From: Candidatus Jordarchaeia archaeon
Lineage (GTDB): Archaea > Asgardarchaeota > Jordiarchaeia > Jordiarchaeales > Jordiarchaeaceae
Assembly (NCBI GenBank): GCA_029856435.1
Contig: JAHQXB010000177.1
Coordinates: forward strand, 1-29,448
Length of the DNA: 29,448 nucleotides
Reading direction: 5' to 3'
Part shown: positions 27,397 to 29,448 of the stretch, one piece after another
How the letters are laid out: every line of letters starts with the position of its first letter
How positions within the stretch are numbered: the first letter of the stretch is position 1
Program-made: the position numbers and the translations under genes
Notes under the pieces: model-generated
The model's input: only the letters and a program-made list of their open reading frames with translations
The model's database searches: none
Told to the model about the DNA's origin: nothing

Positions 27397-27998
27397 CAAC
27401 AGACGGAAACATGGCATTATCCTCAGAAAAATGGAGTTGGAAATTCTTCGACAGAGTAGCAGGGCTGGACAGCAAAAAAATAGAGAACTGTTTCTCTTGC
27501 GGGGCCTGCGTGGGCGACTGTCCAGCGGCCAAGAATTCCAGTTTTAATTTCAGAAAAATTATTTATGATGTGGCGCTGGGTGAGGAAGAGAAGGTCTTAA
27601 GCAGCAAGGAGGTTTGGTACTGTTTCCAATGTTTCTTCTGTATGAATAAGTGTCCTTGGAGAATAGGAATACCCTACATTATTTCTCGACTGAGAAGGAT
27701 GGCTTTGGAGAGGGGTTATGGTTGGGATTTATTGGAAATCCTGAGTGGTGTGGGTAGGAATCTAGTGGAGAGTGGGTTATCTATTAGTCCCCGGGATTAC
27801 GCTAGGCTGGATCCCAAAAAGGCGGAGAGGGAGTTGACTGAAATGCGGCTGGAGATGGGTCTGCCTGAGAAATACGAGGTTTCAAGTAAGGCGATGGAGG
27901 AGTTAAAAGTTATTTTGAAGGAAACAGGGTTTAGCGAAGAGTTGGAGAAGTTGAATAAGAATGTGAAAGAATTCAAGAAGTGTTCAGAAAACTATTAA
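27393..27998 (+). CDS. hdrC: Heterodisulfide reductase subunit C
   Basis: CFSCGACVGDCP and CFQCFFCMNKCP. Overlaps the stop codon of the polyferredoxin gene. Confidence 0.92.
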   Translation: MTTDGNMALSSEKWSWKFFDRVAGLDSKKIENCFSCGACVGDCPAAKNSSFNFRKIIYDVALGEEEKVLSSKEVWYCFQCFFCMNKCPWRIGIPYIISRLRRMALERGYGWDLLEILSGVGRNLVESGLSISPRDYARLDPKKAERELTEMRLEMGLPEKYEVSSKAMEELKVILKETGFSEELEKLNKNVKEFKKCSENY

Positions 27999-28011
27999 GG
28001 GGGATTAATTA

Positions 28012-28932
28012 TTGGTGAATGTGCAAAGATTGGGAAGGATTCCAGATAACGGTACTTTTTTCTATTTTAGGGGTTGTTTCATAAATAATTTTTATCCCGG
28101 CATTGAGTCAGCTACCAGATTTGTGCTTGAAAAGTTGGGTGTTAACTATGTGGTAAGTGATGACCAGACCTGCTGCGGAACCCCCGAATTTAGTTCTTTA
28201 AATGCTGATACTGTGCTCACCTGCCTTGTGGGGAGAAACTCCAGCATTATATTGGAGAAAACGCCTTACGTTATTACGGATTGTAACGGGTGCTATTCCT
28301 CTTTCTATGTGGCTGAGGCGTTAATGGAGAATCCTCAGGTAAAATTCCAAACGGACAAGATTCTCAAGAAGATTGGGAAAAAATTTGAAAAAGTGGAAGT
28401 TATTCACATAGCAGACCTCTTTTACAAGAAAATGAGTGAAATACTAAAAAAGACAACTTTTGGCCTTGGAGAGCTAAGAATGGCGGTGCACTATGGTTGC
28501 CACTATTCACACGTTGATGGAGAAAAGGGCTTAGACAGTGTGGAAAATCCCTCATTCATAGAAGAAATGGTTGAGAAACTGGGCGGAACCCCTGTAGAGT
28601 ACACTGAAAAAACTTTGTGCTGCGGGTTTGGAGGAATACAACAAACAGTTCACAAAACCATTGCCTATGCTGTTACCCAGAAGAAGTTCGATAGCCTGTC
28701 AGACGCCTATGCGGAGGCTATAGTGGTTATTTGTCCCTACTGTCTTAATGTTTTGGATAAGTATCAGGGAAACCTTCTAGATGTTGAAATGCTGGAAAAC
28801 CCAATTCCCGTAATACACCTATCTCAACTGTTGGCTCTACTTATGGGAGCGGAGCCCAAAAAACTGGGGTTCCAAATGCACAGAATACCAGTGGAACCCA
28901 TAATTGCTAAACTGTCGCCTAAAGAGACCTGA
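28012..28932 (+). CDS. hdrB: Heterodisulfide reductase subunit B
   Basis: Two CCG domains: FRGC...TCCG...DCNGC and HYGCH...LCCG...CPYC. Confidence 0.93.
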   Translation: MVNVQRLGRIPDNGTFFYFRGCFINNFYPGIESATRFVLEKLGVNYVVSDDQTCCGTPEFSSLNADTVLTCLVGRNSSIILEKTPYVITDCNGCYSSFYVAEALMENPQVKFQTDKILKKIGKKFEKVEVIHIADLFYKKMSEILKKTTFGLGELRMAVHYGCHYSHVDGEKGLDSVENPSFIEEMVEKLGGTPVEYTEKTLCCGFGGIQQTVHKTIAYAVTQKKFDSLSDAYAEAIVVICPYCLNVLDKYQGNLLDVEMLENPIPVIHLSQLLALLMGAEPKKLGFQMHRIPVEPIIAKLSPKET

Positions 28933-28941
28933 ATTTCTAGA

Positions 28942-29376
28942 ATGTTAACCAAAAGGTTTATGGTTGATTTTTGCGGTGTTTTTTTGGTGCTCTTTATGCC
29001 TTCGATTAGCATTATCGCCCGTAAACTGCTAGGGGTTGATTCCAGTCTCTCTTTTGTTGACTGGCTAATACTTTTGTGGCTTTATTCCAACCCTTCAGAT
29101 TCCGGAAAACGCTCACTAACCTCTCTCCAGAAAGCTTTGAAGCGAATCCCTGACTTTCACAAGCCAGATGGGAACCTTGCATTCAAAGATTCTCAGCTAG
29201 AACAATTAATATTATCCTCACTAAAAAAACTTAAGGAGAGAGGGTTTGTAAAGGTATTCTCATCACAGGATGGATACACCATAATAGAACTCACGGTGGA
29301 GGGAACAAACTTCCTAGGAAGCAACGTATCAGACTCAGACAAAAACTTTCTAAGGGAGTACGGAATGCTAAAATAG
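28942..29376 (+). CDS. Hypothetical winged-helix (MarR-like) protein
   Basis: 144 aa starting 9 bp after hdrB. C-terminal SLKKLKERGFVK...IELTVEG resembles a wHTH wing. Confidence 0.6.
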   Translation: MLTKRFMVDFCGVFLVLFMPSISIIARKLLGVDSSLSFVDWLILLWLYSNPSDSGKRSLTSLQKALKRIPDFHKPDGNLAFKDSQLEQLILSSLKKLKERGFVKVFSSQDGYTIIELTVEGTNFLGSNVSDSDKNFLREYGMLK

Positions 29377-29448
29377 CCGTTCTGACCCAGCGTTGACCTT
29401 TAACTTTGGGTCTTTCTCCCTCAAGTTTTATGGGGTCTTTCTCCCGGG
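29377..29448 (-). mobile_element. Non-autonomous element family A, copy 3 (truncated by the window edge)
   Basis: CCGTTCTGACCCAGCGTTGACCTTTAACTTTGGGTCTTTCTCCCTCAAG matches the start of copies 1 and 2 at the same boundary. Confidence 0.7.

Noticed and set aside
1-29448. tRNA, rRNA, cas, transposase or integrase genes
   Set aside because: No tRNA arm motifs, rRNA-like segments or matching protein motifs were seen on either strand.

Overview
Archaeal chromosomal window. It carries a eukaryote-type topoisomerase IB, Mer, MetVF, an HdrA-MvhD fusion with polyferredoxin and HdrCB, a TrmB-coiled-coil protein and a SNAP-like TPR protein. This gene set points to an Asgard- or Bathyarchaeia-like organism (inference; not checked against a database). 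About 23 credible protein genes are present, including one truncated at the left edge that the ORF track misses. The core is a C1/Wood-Ljungdahl redox neighbourhood: metV-metF, mer, a degenerate second metF-like gene, two Lrp regulators and the hdrA/mvhD-polyferredoxin-hdrC-hdrB operon. No transposase, cas gene, tRNA or rRNA is visible. The intergenic DNA nevertheless holds three unannotated systems. (1) Three copies of a ~320-bp protein-free element with no TIR or TSD. It has GG termini on the minus strand and a ~195-nt covarying structured segment, consistent with an IS607/TnpB-derived guide-RNA (omegaRNA) cassette, each copy abutting a different flank. (2) Three copies of a 183-187-bp fold-back MITE with CCATATG termini and 7-bp target duplications. 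(3) An orphan single-spacer CRISPR-like unit (30-31-bp repeats, 37-bp spacer). There is also a kilobase-scale A/C versus G/T strand skew that flips sharply at about 15,130. All assignments come from motif recognition by eye; no searches or folding programs were run.
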